Shown: one piece after another, positions 8,659-17,405 of the stretch
Numbering within the stretch: position 1 is the stretch's first letter
How the letters are laid out: each line of letters opens with the position of its first letter
NCBI GenBank assembly: GCA_045587785.1
Contig: JAZNDA010000053.1
Span: 1 to 49,134, forward strand
From: Eubacteriales bacterium
GTDB lineage: Bacteria; Bacillota; Clostridia; Oscillospirales; CAG-272
Length of the DNA stretch: 49,134 nucleotides
Direction: 5' to 3'
Program-made: the position numbers and the translations under genes
The notes under the pieces: model-generated
The model's database searches: none
The model's input: only the letters and a program-made list of their open reading frames with translations
Told to the model about the DNA's origin: nothing

Positions 8659-10761
8659 TCAAATGCTGAACAGCATTTCGCCGTAAGTGGGGAAGGGCCA
8701 GTGCTCGGTGTCGGTCAAGGTCTCCATTTCGTCCACCGCCATGCGCAGCTTTTGCATGAGCGGAATAACTGTGTCGCGGTACAGCTCGGCTCTCTTTTCA
8801 TGATCCGCTTCGCGTGCCGCCTTGGTCTCTGCCGCTTTCAGATCGTTCGTTATGCGGTAGGCGTTGCGATTGAGCGCACTAAGCCTGTCGGCAAGAGATC
8901 TTTCCACAGCACTTGCCGTTTCGGCAAAGCCTGCCTGCGCTTTTGCCACGATACCGTCGGCAAGCTCCTTGGTGTATCGGTTGACGGCGGGGATGATGTC
9001 ATGGGTTGCCATATCTATCATGGTGAGTGCTTCGATGTTGATGATCTTGGCGTAATTTTCAAAAAGGATCTCGCGGCGGGATGACATCTCGATCTCGTTC
9101 ATGACACCTTGGCTCCTAAACAGTGCCACGTTTTCGGGTGAGGTAAAGCATTTGTAAGCGGAAACCGAGTCTTTAAGATTGGGAAGTCCGCGTTCTGCCG
9201 CCTCTTTTTCCCACTCGGCGGAATAGCCGTTGCCGCGGAAAATAATACGCTTGTGAGCGGTAAAGGTCTCCTTGATGATGGCGGCGACCTCTTTGTCAAA
9301 GCTTGTCTGGGGGGCAAGATTTTCCAGTCTGTCGGCAAAGCCACCAAGCTCCTCAGCAACAGCGGTGTTGAGCACAATGTTGGGGAGTGCTATATTTTGC
9401 GACGAACCGAGCATGCGGAACTCAAACTTGTTTCCCGTAAAAGCAAAGGGAGAGGTACGGTTGCGGTCGGTGGTATCCTTACGGAACACGGGAACGGTGG
9501 GAACGCCGAGGTCCATCATGCCTGCGCGGTTAGATTTGTAATTTGTGCCCTTGACGATCGAATCGATCACTGCCTCAAGCTCCTCGCCAAGGAACATGGA
9601 AACGATGGCGGGCGGTGCCTCATCCGCGCCAAGTCGGTGGTCGTTGCCTGCATAGGCGACCGAAATTCTCATCAGCGGCGCATATTCGTCCACCGCCTTG
9701 ACTACAGCGGCGAGGAAGAGCAGGAACTGCGCGTTCTCCTCGGGCGTTTTTCCAGGGTCAAGAAGGTTTTTGCCCGTATCGGTGGAGATCGACCAGTTGT
9801 TGTGCTTGCCCGAGCCGTTGATGCCCTCAAAGGGCTTTTCGTGAAGCAGACATTTTAGACCGTTTTGCTGTGCCACAAGCTTCATGAATTCCATGGTGAG
9901 AAGATTCTGGTCAACGGCAAGATTGGTGGTGGTAAAGATGGGAGCCAGCTCATGCTGAGCGGGTGCGGCTTCGTTGTGCTTGGTCTTGGCGTTGATACCC
10001 AGCTTCCAGAGCTCGGTATCCAGCTCGCACATGAATTTGCTGATTCTCGGCTTTAGGGGACCGAAATAATGATCCTCAAGCTCCTGTCCCTTGGGGGCGG
10101 ATGCGCCGAACAGCGTTCTGCCGCAGTAAAGAAGGTCGCGACGCTTGTCATACATGCCCTTATCGATCAAAAAGTATTCTTGCTCCGCGCCAACGGTGGT
10201 GTTGACACGCTTTGCCGTTGTATCGCCGAACAGACGGACGATACGGAGTGCCTGCTTGCCGATGGCATCCATCGAGCGGAGCAGGGGAGTTTTGGTGTCC
10301 AGTGCCTCGCCCGTATAGGAGCAATACGCGGTGGGAATATACAGCGTTTTGTCCTTGACAAAAGCGTAGGATGCGGGATCCCACGCGGTATAACCGCGCG
10401 CCTCAAAGGTGGCTCTGAGACCGCCCGAGGGGAAGGAAGAAGCATCCGATTCGCCCTTGATCAGCTCTTTGCCGGAAAATTCCATGACGATCTTACTGCC
10501 GCCCACGGGGGAGATAAAGGCATCGTGCTTTTCGGCAGTTACGCCCGTCAGAGGCTGGAACCAGTGGGTGTAGTGTGTCGCACCTTTTTCAATTGCCCAG
10601 TCCTTCATGGCGGTTGCCACTACGTTTGCGATCGAGGGATCTATGGTTTTTCCTTCGGCAATGGTTTTGATAAGAGATTTATAAACGTCATGGGGAAGCT
10701 TTTCGCGCATGGCATCGTCCCCAAAAACCATACATCCGAAAAATTCGGGTACACTTTTCAT
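8659..10761 (-). CDS. glnN: Glutamine synthetase, type III
   Basis: 700 aa. The N-terminus (FGCMVFGDDAMREKLPHDVYKSL...THYTHWFQPLTG) and the overall length are characteristic of GSIII. Confidence 0.9.
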   Translation of the reverse strand: MKSVPEFFGCMVFGDDAMREKLPHDVYKSLIKTIAEGKTIDPSIANVVATAMKDWAIEKGATHYTHWFQPLTGVTAEKHDAFISPVGGSKIVMEFSGKELIKGESDASSFPSGGLRATFEARGYTAWDPASYAFVKDKTLYIPTAYCSYTGEALDTKTPLLRSMDAIGKQALRIVRLFGDTTAKRVNTTVGAEQEYFLIDKGMYDKRRDLLYCGRTLFGASAPKGQELEDHYFGPLKPRISKFMCELDTELWKLGINAKTKHNEAAPAQHELAPIFTTTNLAVDQNLLTMEFMKLVAQQNGLKCLLHEKPFEGINGSGKHNNWSISTDTGKNLLDPGKTPEENAQFLLFLAAVVKAVDEYAPLMRISVAYAGNDHRLGADEAPPAIVSMFLGEELEAVIDSIVKGTNYKSNRAGMMDLGVPTVPVFRKDTTDRNRTSPFAFTGNKFEFRMLGSSQNIALPNIVLNTAVAEELGGFADRLENLAPQTSFDKEVAAIIKETFTAHKRIIFRGNGYSAEWEKEAAERGLPNLKDSVSAYKCFTSPENVALFRSQGVMNEIEMSSRREILFENYAKIINIEALTMIDMATHDIIPAVNRYTKELADGIVAKAQAGFAETASAVERSLADRLSALNRNAYRITNDLKAAETKAAREADHEKRAELYRDTVIPLMQKLRMAVDEMETLTDTEHWPFPTYGEMLFSI

Positions 10762-10802
10762 CGGAATATTCCTTTCAAGAAATAATAATTCATTTTATTA
10801 TA

Positions 10803-12890
10803 CTACTTTTTTCGAGGTTTGTCAATGGTTTTTGCTTGGGAAGCCGCCCGATCCAGCAAACCGAGTGCGATCTCGGCGTCTTTTTGGGCAAGTGCTTGCA
10901 GATGAGCCTGCTTCATACGGAAATGTGCCGAGATCTCACGGCGTGTTGTGGGCAGAGAGAGTCCTGCGTATGCCATGCTTGTGAAGGCGGTGATCTTGGG
11001 GTCATCCGAAATGCCGAGCATAGGAGCGCCCATGTCAAACGCTAAGATCAAGGCGTGCAGGCGTGCGGAGACCACCAACGTGGCGTGACGGATGAGGGAA
11101 AATACGGCTTTTTGCGAACTGTCGCGGACAAGGGTCACCTGCTTGCCTTGTTTTTCAAGAAGGGATGCCAGCTTCTCTGTGGCTGTCGTGTCGCTTTGTA
11201 CGTCCATAACGGCAAGAACGATGGGCAGATCCTCTCTCTTTAAAAATGAAAGCATGGGGGCAAGCTGACGGTCTCTGACAAACGCAAGGATATATTTTTG
11301 GCAGGTTGCTCCTTTCAAACGGTAAGCGGCAACGGGGTCGGCAGACAAAAAAAGACGCTTATGGTGTACCGTTTTTTTTAGAAGCCGATAGGAAACGGGA
11401 TCGCGTGCCGTTATAACATCGACTTTTTTAAGAGCGTGACAGCAAAGCCGCCATGGCAGCTTGCCGTAGATAGGACCCAGCCCTGAGGCGTACAGCATGC
11501 ACGGGGTGCCGAAAAAGTGTGCGATCTCAAGGAGAAAAAGATAATAAAGCAGAGAGCGGTTGCTGGTCTTGTTTTGGAGCAAGGACCCGCCGCCAAGGAT
11601 AAAAACGCCCGTATGACGTATGGCGTGTATACACCGAATAAGATCAAAACGCCGCACGGCGGAAAGGGAAGGATGCGGCACGTCGCTCCGAGTGAGCACC
11701 GAAATGCGCGGCGGAGTATGAGAGCCTTGCGCCTTGTTCAGACGGTCAACAATGGCACATAATGTCAGCTCATCCCCAAGGTTGCCGTAGCCGTAATAGC
11801 CGCCCAGTAAAACGTCGCTTGTGCGTGTTGCCGCGGCATCGGCTATGGCGGCGCGGTAAACGTTAAGTGTTTGCCGCGCCATTTGCTCGGCGGTGTGATA
11901 TTTTCTGACCTGCGCCATGCCGTCCGCAGCCGCCTTGCGAGCCAGATCGGGGTCATGATAAAGACGGCAAATATCAAAATACAATCTCTTGGCAGTTGGT
12001 CTGCTTTGACCGCGTGCGCAAAAATTTCCTCTTTCGGCTTCCTTCATCACGCCCTTTTCGCAAATACCCAAATAGCCCTCGTTTCCGCTGAGAATGACGG
12101 GCACACCGCAGCTCATGGCCTCCAGTGCCGCGCGTGAGACACCAACGAACAGATCACAGTTTTGCAGATAGGGGAGAACGTTCTGCTTTTGACCGATCGC
12201 TCTGACCGCCAAATAACCGCACGCTCTGTTGGCAAGCGCGGCAAGGCGACGTATCTTGCACAGGTCACTGCCGCCGCCGATCACAGTGATGCAAAGTCCT
12301 CCGATCTTTTTCGAAAGTCTCGGCGCCAAATGACAGAGCAACTCTGCCGTTAAAGAACAATCGGCATCAAGACGGCTTATGGTAACGATGTGAAAATTGT
12401 TTATTCTGTCTCGTTTGGGACAAAAACGAACGATATCGATGCCGTTAGGGATGATAACAATATTTTCCTTTGGTACATCAAACCGCTTTGTCAGATGCTC
12501 GGCTATATCGTGGCTGACGGCAATATTACGTCTTGGGAAAAACGTGAGAGCCTTTTTTGCGGCATTGGTGGAAAAGTGCGCGTGCGCGGTAAATACAAGC
12601 GGAAAATGGAACAGGGGATGAAGGATCTGACAAATAAACAGACTTTGTCTGGTGTGAGCATGCACCACATGCGGTTTGACCCTTCGTATAACATCGGCAA
12701 GGGTATGAAGCGGTATTCTTCCGTAGCGCACCGTGCGGATGCCCATGGCAGAGAGCTCTTTAGCGATCTGTCCGCCGTAAGACAAAACTGTGACAGAATG
12801 TCCCAAATGAGACAAAAAGCGCGAAAGCTCAAAAATGTGAGTTTCCGCGCCGCCGCTGTTCATATGGTCAGCTAACAGTAATATTTTCAT
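10803..12890 (-). CDS. Fusion protein: GT4-family glycosyltransferase (N-terminal) plus CsaB-type polysaccharide pyruvyl transferase (C-terminal)
   Basis: The N-terminus MKILLLADHMNSGGAETHIFELSR and a later E-x7-E-like region fit GT4. From about residue 355 the sequence is VLLGGYYGYGNLGDELTL...ILGGGSLLQN...ARLHALI, as in CsaB/PS_pyruv_trans. Confidence 0.75.
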   Translation of the reverse strand: MKILLLADHMNSGGAETHIFELSRFLSHLGHSVTVLSYGGQIAKELSAMGIRTVRYGRIPLHTLADVIRRVKPHVVHAHTRQSLFICQILHPLFHFPLVFTAHAHFSTNAAKKALTFFPRRNIAVSHDIAEHLTKRFDVPKENIVIIPNGIDIVRFCPKRDRINNFHIVTISRLDADCSLTAELLCHLAPRLSKKIGGLCITVIGGGSDLCKIRRLAALANRACGYLAVRAIGQKQNVLPYLQNCDLFVGVSRAALEAMSCGVPVILSGNEGYLGICEKGVMKEAERGNFCARGQSRPTAKRLYFDICRLYHDPDLARKAAADGMAQVRKYHTAEQMARQTLNVYRAAIADAAATRTSDVLLGGYYGYGNLGDELTLCAIVDRLNKAQGSHTPPRISVLTRSDVPHPSLSAVRRFDLIRCIHAIRHTGVFILGGGSLLQNKTSNRSLLYYLFLLEIAHFFGTPCMLYASGLGPIYGKLPWRLCCHALKKVDVITARDPVSYRLLKKTVHHKRLFLSADPVAAYRLKGATCQKYILAFVRDRQLAPMLSFLKREDLPIVLAVMDVQSDTTATEKLASLLEKQGKQVTLVRDSSQKAVFSLIRHATLVVSARLHALILAFDMGAPMLGISDDPKITAFTSMAYAGLSLPTTRREISAHFRMKQAHLQALAQKDAEIALGLLDRAASQAKTIDKPRKK

Positions 12891-13393
12891 GTGTTATCCT
12901 CAGTATTTGAATTTGGCGAGAGATAATCGGCAAGGTTGATGATATGTACTCCCTTTTTCTCGGCATAAGCACAGGTATATGCCGTGCCGCCGCGCTCACG
13001 TTTGCAAAAGGCGATGCAAACGTCACTGCCGTCCACCAGACGCCGATTCCGTTCGTGCATACATCCGCGTGTGAAGGTATCCGTTACGTATTCGATACTG
13101 TCCGCGCGCATAAGAATATCCTTGTACCTTGCCTTTTGTGCGCTGTTCCATCCCGCATCCTGCTCGCGGCAGGGAAGTATAAGCTCAAGGCGGATATTTC
13201 TGCCGTCCTCTTTTTTTTGAAGGACCGCCTCGGCGGCGAGTGTGTCAAAGCCAAGGGCACCGCCTGCTCTGAAAACAGTATACCCCACATTTATCATATT
13301 ATCCAACAGAACACCTAAAATATAGCAAAGCTTGTCCCCGTTTTCGGAAATAGCCCGATGTCCCGTGAAGCAACAGATTTTTGGTTCTTGCAT
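12887..13393 (-). CDS. SLOG-superfamily DUF1273 protein (YpsA-like)
   Basis: 168 aa. It has the CCFTGHR N-terminal signature and a Rossmann-like GG..GFD segment typical of DUF1273/YpsA. Its stop overlaps the next start (ATGA). Confidence 0.7.
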   Translation of the reverse strand: MQEPKICCFTGHRAISENGDKLCYILGVLLDNMINVGYTVFRAGGALGFDTLAAEAVLQKKEDGRNIRLELILPCREQDAGWNSAQKARYKDILMRADSIEYVTDTFTRGCMHERNRRLVDGSDVCIAFCKRERGGTAYTCAYAEKKGVHIINLADYLSPNSNTEDNT

Positions 13394-13593
13394 GGGAGCC
13401 TCCTTTTTTCGTTATGTCTTATTTTATCACGAAAGGGAGTTTTTGGGAAGAGATTTTTCGAAAATCGTATGATTTTTTTTGACCCTTTTCGCCCGCGGTC
13501 GTCATATTTTGGCAGTGTGTACGCTTTGTTTTGGCTGGTTTCGCTCCGAACCGTTTCGAAATGATAAGGTGCGGCAAAAAAGGACGGCGTATT

Positions 13594-13628
13594 TTCGACA
13601 AAAAACGAAGGTGCTCAGGATGTATAAT
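13594..13628 (+). promoter_or_regulatory. Putative Spo0A-dependent sigma-A promoter of spoIIE
   Basis: TTCGACA, the reverse complement of the 0A box TGTCGAA, occupies the -35 position. TGTATAAT follows after a ~22-nt spacer. Two near-consensus TTTCGAA boxes lie upstream at about 13456 and 13554. Confidence 0.45.
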
Positions 13629-13658
13629 CATGTCGTAAAACAAAAAAGGAGTGTGCAT

Positions 13659-15821
13659 ATGGACAACCGTTTTTTCTCGCGCCCAAGTAGGGAAAGTCTG
13701 TTTCAAAAAAACGGGCATATCGGAGGGGTATTACGTATGAACGAAAAAATGCAACGTATGGGCAGTCAATATATCATCCGCGGCGTAGGATGGATGATAT
13801 TTGCCTTGGTTCTCGGCATATGCCGTCTGCCGTTTTCAGTATATCCGCTGGGGCTTGCGGTGCTTTGTGCCTCAGATACGTATTTACTTTTTGTTTTGGT
13901 CGGGCTTTTTTCGGCGGCATTTTTCGTCCCGATCCCGTTTGCTATGTATTTCGGCACAGCACTTGTTACCTTAGCGGTTCGGGTGATCACAAGGCTTTTT
14001 GTGGATATTCCCGTTCGCTCGCATGAGGGAATAGGCTTTCGGGATATTTTGGAGCATATTCGCGGCAGACTGTTTTGCGAAAGCCTGTATCTTAGAATGA
14101 CCTCATCCTGCGTGGCATCCTTTATGTTAAGTCTGTATGCCATTATCGCGGGCGGCTTTCGGTATTACGATGTGTTTGGCGCGTTTTTTTCCATGATCTA
14201 TGCTTCGTTTACCACTTTTTTCTGTTGCTCTTTTTCGGGGGACATGCCCTTTGATAAGGTATGGGTGGGGAGGATTCGGAGTGCCGCCAAGATCGTTTTG
14301 GCTTGCTTGCTTTGCCTTTCTTTTGGGCAGATCGACACGTTGGGCTTTTCGGTGGGAATGGCGGCGGCATTTGCGGCGTCCTTGATCATTTGCCGCAAAG
14401 ACGGTATGATCATGGGGATGCTGGTCTCTCTTGTATGCGGACTTGTTACGGGTGTTACGTATTTTCCGCTGTTTCCCGCGGCGGCGATCATCGCTTTTTG
14501 CCTGTTTGATTTTTCACCGTACGTCGCAGCGGCGGTGTCTTGCATGGTTGGCATTGTCACAGGCGTAATGGTTGGCGGACGGGACAGATTACTTTTTGTG
14601 TTTTTGCCTCTTGTGATCGGTATGGCGGTATACTGCATATATGAAAAGCTGTTTTCGGACGGCGCATTCAGTGCTTTTGGATATCGCGGCACTGCCGCTG
14701 TCAACTGTGAACAGCTGAGGACAGAGGGCATAAACGCGGCGATGAAAAAGGATATACAGACGCTTGGCAGGACCCTTAAGCAGCTCTCCGAAAGTATTAT
14801 AAAGCTTGCTGACGGCGGCGAACAAGCCGAGCTGTCGATGAAACGTCAAGCTGAGATATTTGCCGCGGATTACGGCATGTTTTCCGTTATGCTTGAGGGT
14901 GTGGAGAGATATGCCGCAAAGCTTTACAGGGAGGACTCCAAAAAGACCGTTGCTGTTCGGGATAAGCTCAGAGAGCTTGGGTTTGAGGCGGAGCAGGTCA
15001 GCGTGTGCGGCGAAGAACAAATAAAGCTGTACATATCGGGGCTTTTTCCTCCGCCCGATCACAAACGGCTCTTGTATTTGCAAAAACAGCTTGGTAAAAC
15101 ACTTGATCTGCGTTTGACACTGCCGATACTGACCATAGAAAGAGAAAAATGCTTTATCTATGCCGAGCGCGAGGCGTGCTTTGAGGCGGACTCGGGGACG
15201 GTGAGCCTTGCGAAGGACGGTGTTTCGGGAGATCTTGTGAAATTTTTTGACCATGCCGAGCGTCAAAGGTCTTACGTGCTTTTATGCGACGGTATGGGAA
15301 GCGGCGAGGAAGCGGCGTTGACCGCGGGTATCAGCGCGGAATTTCTTGAGAAGCTTTTGTGCGCGGGTGTGGAGAGTGAATGTGCGCTCCAGGCGCTCAA
15401 CAGCTTTCTCACGCTTGGAAGAAACGGCGGGGAGGCAGAGAGCACCAGTGCCTTGGATCTGCTTTGCTTTGACGGATTCACGGGGCGCGCGAGCTTTCTT
15501 AAAAGCGGTGCCGCGCCAACCTACGTCAAGCGCGGCGGTAACATATTTAAGCTGACGGGTGCCAGCCTGCCTTTGGGGATCCTTGGCAAAGTGGACGTCA
15601 AGCAGATCGACTTCAATACACGGGACGGCGATCTGATCGTGCAGGTCAGCGACGGCGTGACGGGCGGCGAGGCAGAGTGTCTGTGGCTTTTGGAATATCT
15701 GACTCAAAGTGTGGATGAGTCGCCTACACAGATGGCGTCATATATCAAAGAAAATGCGCTGAAAAACGGAAGTACTGACGATATTTCGGTAGCGGTGACA
15801 AAAATTTCGCAGAAAAATTAA
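13659..15821 (+). CDS. spoIIE: Stage II sporulation protein E (polytopic membrane domain plus C-terminal PP2C phosphatase)
   Basis: About 10 TM segments are followed by a PP2C-type domain (GDLVKFF...LLCDGMGSGEEA...DGDLIVQVSDGV...TDDISV). The start was chosen at the ATG behind AAAGGAG. An ATG at 13737 behind GGAGGGG is an alternative. The track start at 13479 has no RBS. Confidence 0.85.
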   Translation: MDNRFFSRPSRESLFQKNGHIGGVLRMNEKMQRMGSQYIIRGVGWMIFALVLGICRLPFSVYPLGLAVLCASDTYLLFVLVGLFSAAFFVPIPFAMYFGTALVTLAVRVITRLFVDIPVRSHEGIGFRDILEHIRGRLFCESLYLRMTSSCVASFMLSLYAIIAGGFRYYDVFGAFFSMIYASFTTFFCCSFSGDMPFDKVWVGRIRSAAKIVLACLLCLSFGQIDTLGFSVGMAAAFAASLIICRKDGMIMGMLVSLVCGLVTGVTYFPLFPAAAIIAFCLFDFSPYVAAAVSCMVGIVTGVMVGGRDRLLFVFLPLVIGMAVYCIYEKLFSDGAFSAFGYRGTAAVNCEQLRTEGINAAMKKDIQTLGRTLKQLSESIIKLADGGEQAELSMKRQAEIFAADYGMFSVMLEGVERYAAKLYREDSKKTVAVRDKLRELGFEAEQVSVCGEEQIKLYISGLFPPPDHKRLLYLQKQLGKTLDLRLTLPILTIEREKCFIYAEREACFEADSGTVSLAKDGVSGDLVKFFDHAERQRSYVLLCDGMGSGEEAALTAGISAEFLEKLLCAGVESECALQALNSFLTLGRNGGEAESTSALDLLCFDGFTGRASFLKSGAAPTYVKRGGNIFKLTGASLPLGILGKVDVKQIDFNTRDGDLIVQVSDGVTGGEAECLWLLEYLTQSVDESPTQMASYIKENALKNGSTDDISVAVTKISQKN

Positions 15822-15829
15822 AAAAGGAC

Positions 15830-15857
15830 TTTACAAATAGCGAAAATGTGGTATAAT
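15830..15857 (+). promoter_or_regulatory. Sigma-A promoter for the cysE leader
   Basis: TTTACA, about 16 nt of spacer, then TATAAT. Confidence 0.6.
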
Positions 15858-15867
15858 GTTATAGAAA

Positions 15868-16170
15868 TAACAGCCGATGAACGGGAGAAAACGGAACAGC
15901 CCCATTTCAGAGAGCCGCGGCAGGTGAGAGCGCGGTATGGGAAACCGCCATGTGCACCCGTGAGGCTCTGCCGTGAGCGTTTGTAAGCGGCAGACGCGTG
16001 ACTGCGTTATCGGTCTTTGAGGGATAGTAGGACGTTACAGGTCGAGCTACGGCAAAAGACGCAAAAATTTGTCGCGTAGGGCTTATGAGTTCGATTTTGC
16101 TACGGCTATCCGAAACGGAGTGGAACCGCGTACTTTACGCCTCTGTGCCAATGGCACAGAGGCGTTTTTT
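15868..16170 (+). promoter_or_regulatory. T-box riboswitch leader (predicted tRNA-Cys specificity) with terminator/antiterminator
   Basis: AGAGAG and GGTGAGAG elements lie in stem I. A candidate specifier UGC followed by A is at about 15953. The T-box sequence AAACGGAGTGGAACCGCG is at 16113..16130. The terminator CGCCTCTGTGCC/GGCACAGAGGCG plus T6 is at 16138..16170. Confidence 0.85.
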
Positions 16171-16182
16171 GAAGGAGAAAAA

Positions 16183-16941
16183 ATGAAAAAAATAAAGCTA
16201 AGCACTGTATCTCCGCTTTTTGAGTATTTGCTTGACAGTCTGTCATGGCTTCTGGGAACACTTTGCGGCTGTGCAAAATCGATCAAAGAAGAAATTCTTG
16301 CCGACGTGGAGGCGGTGAAAAGCCGTGACCCTGCGGCAAAAAACGGCGTGGAGATCGTGCTTTTGTATTCGGGCGTTCACGCACTCTTAGCTTATCGCGT
16401 CTCGCATAAGCTGTATCTTGGAAAGCACTATTTTTCGGCGCGCTTTGTCAGCCAGCTTACCCGATTTTTAACAGGTATTGAGATCCATCCCGGAGCTACC
16501 ATCGGCAAAGGTCTTTTTATTGACCACGGTATGGGTGTGGTGATCGGTGAAACGGCGGAGATCGGCGATAACTGTACCATTTATCAGGGCGTTACGCTTG
16601 GCGGTACGGGTAAGGAAGTGGGAAAACGTCATCCTACGCTGGGCAACAACGTCATGGTGGGTTCGGGCGCTAAGGTGCTGGGACCTGTCAACATCGGCTC
16701 GGATTCCAAGGTGGCGGCAGGTGCCGTGGTGCTTGACGATATTCCCGAGCAAAGTACCGCCGTGGGTATCCCCGCAAGGGTGGTGCGAAGAAAGGGCACG
16801 AAGCCCAACAATCTTGACCAGATCCACATCCCCGACCCCGTGTCGCAGGAGCTGTGTAAGCTGGAGCAAAAGATCAAGCATCTGGAAGCGGAGCTTGCGG
16901 TTCTGAAGGAAACCCGTCCCGAGGATACCGCGCACCACTAA
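16183..16941 (+). CDS. cysE: Serine O-acetyltransferase
   Basis: Left-handed beta-helix hexapeptide repeats (GIEIHPGATIGKGLFIDHGMGVVIGETAEIGDNCTIYQGVTLGG). The start was moved to the ATG behind GAAGGAG, because the track's upstream extension covers the T-box leader. Confidence 0.9.
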   Translation: MKKIKLSTVSPLFEYLLDSLSWLLGTLCGCAKSIKEEILADVEAVKSRDPAAKNGVEIVLLYSGVHALLAYRVSHKLYLGKHYFSARFVSQLTRFLTGIEIHPGATIGKGLFIDHGMGVVIGETAEIGDNCTIYQGVTLGGTGKEVGKRHPTLGNNVMVGSGAKVLGPVNIGSDSKVAAGAVVLDDIPEQSTAVGIPARVVRRKGTKPNNLDQIHIPDPVSQELCKLEQKIKHLEAELAVLKETRPEDTAHH

Positions 16942-16980
16942 ATTTATATAAGAATTTGTGCATTGACGAAAGGGGAAGCT

Positions 16981-17364
16981 ATGGGGTGGTTGCTTGAAAA
17001 TTGGTATGTCATAGTAGGGATGTTATTGGTCCTTTGCATACCCACGTATTTTATCATGGTTTTCATCCTGTTCAGGCGCGAGAGAAACCATTCCATGGCG
17101 CGTCTTGAAGAGTGTACCGAGACGGATGACGGACCGCCGCTTCGTGAGATTCACGGACGCGTTGTGGAGAAGCATTGCTACTCGGATGTGGCAGGAACAA
17201 AACATGTTCGCGCTTATACCTGCTTTTACTTTTTGTTTCTGACGGATGACGGAGAGACGGTTCGCTATGAGATCGATGAGGAGACCTACCTTGCCATTGA
17301 AGAAAAGGCAGAGGGGACGGTGGGCATCGTTGGTGACCGTTTTTACGGCTTTTGCCCCGATTGA
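16981..17364 (+). CDS. Hypothetical single-pass membrane protein (about 127 aa) sitting between cysE and cysS
   Basis: An N-terminal TM helix is followed by a soluble domain. RBS AAAGGGGAAG precedes the ATG. Family uncertain (DUF2500-like at best). Confidence 0.5.
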   Translation: MGWLLENWYVIVGMLLVLCIPTYFIMVFILFRRERNHSMARLEECTETDDGPPLREIHGRVVEKHCYSDVAGTKHVRAYTCFYFLFLTDDGETVRYEIDEETYLAIEEKAEGTVGIVGDRFYGFCPD

Positions 17365-17405
17365 TACTGTTCACGATTTCAAAATGATTTTGGAAAGGAT
17401 ACATT

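Noticed and set aside
13479-13658. The track's upstream extension of the spoIIE ORF, and similarly the 16069..16182 extension of cysE.
   Set aside because: The extensions have no RBS, encode basic low-complexity peptide, and cover the promoter region (spoIIE) or the T-box leader and terminator (cysE). Internal ATGs with strong RBSs fit better.
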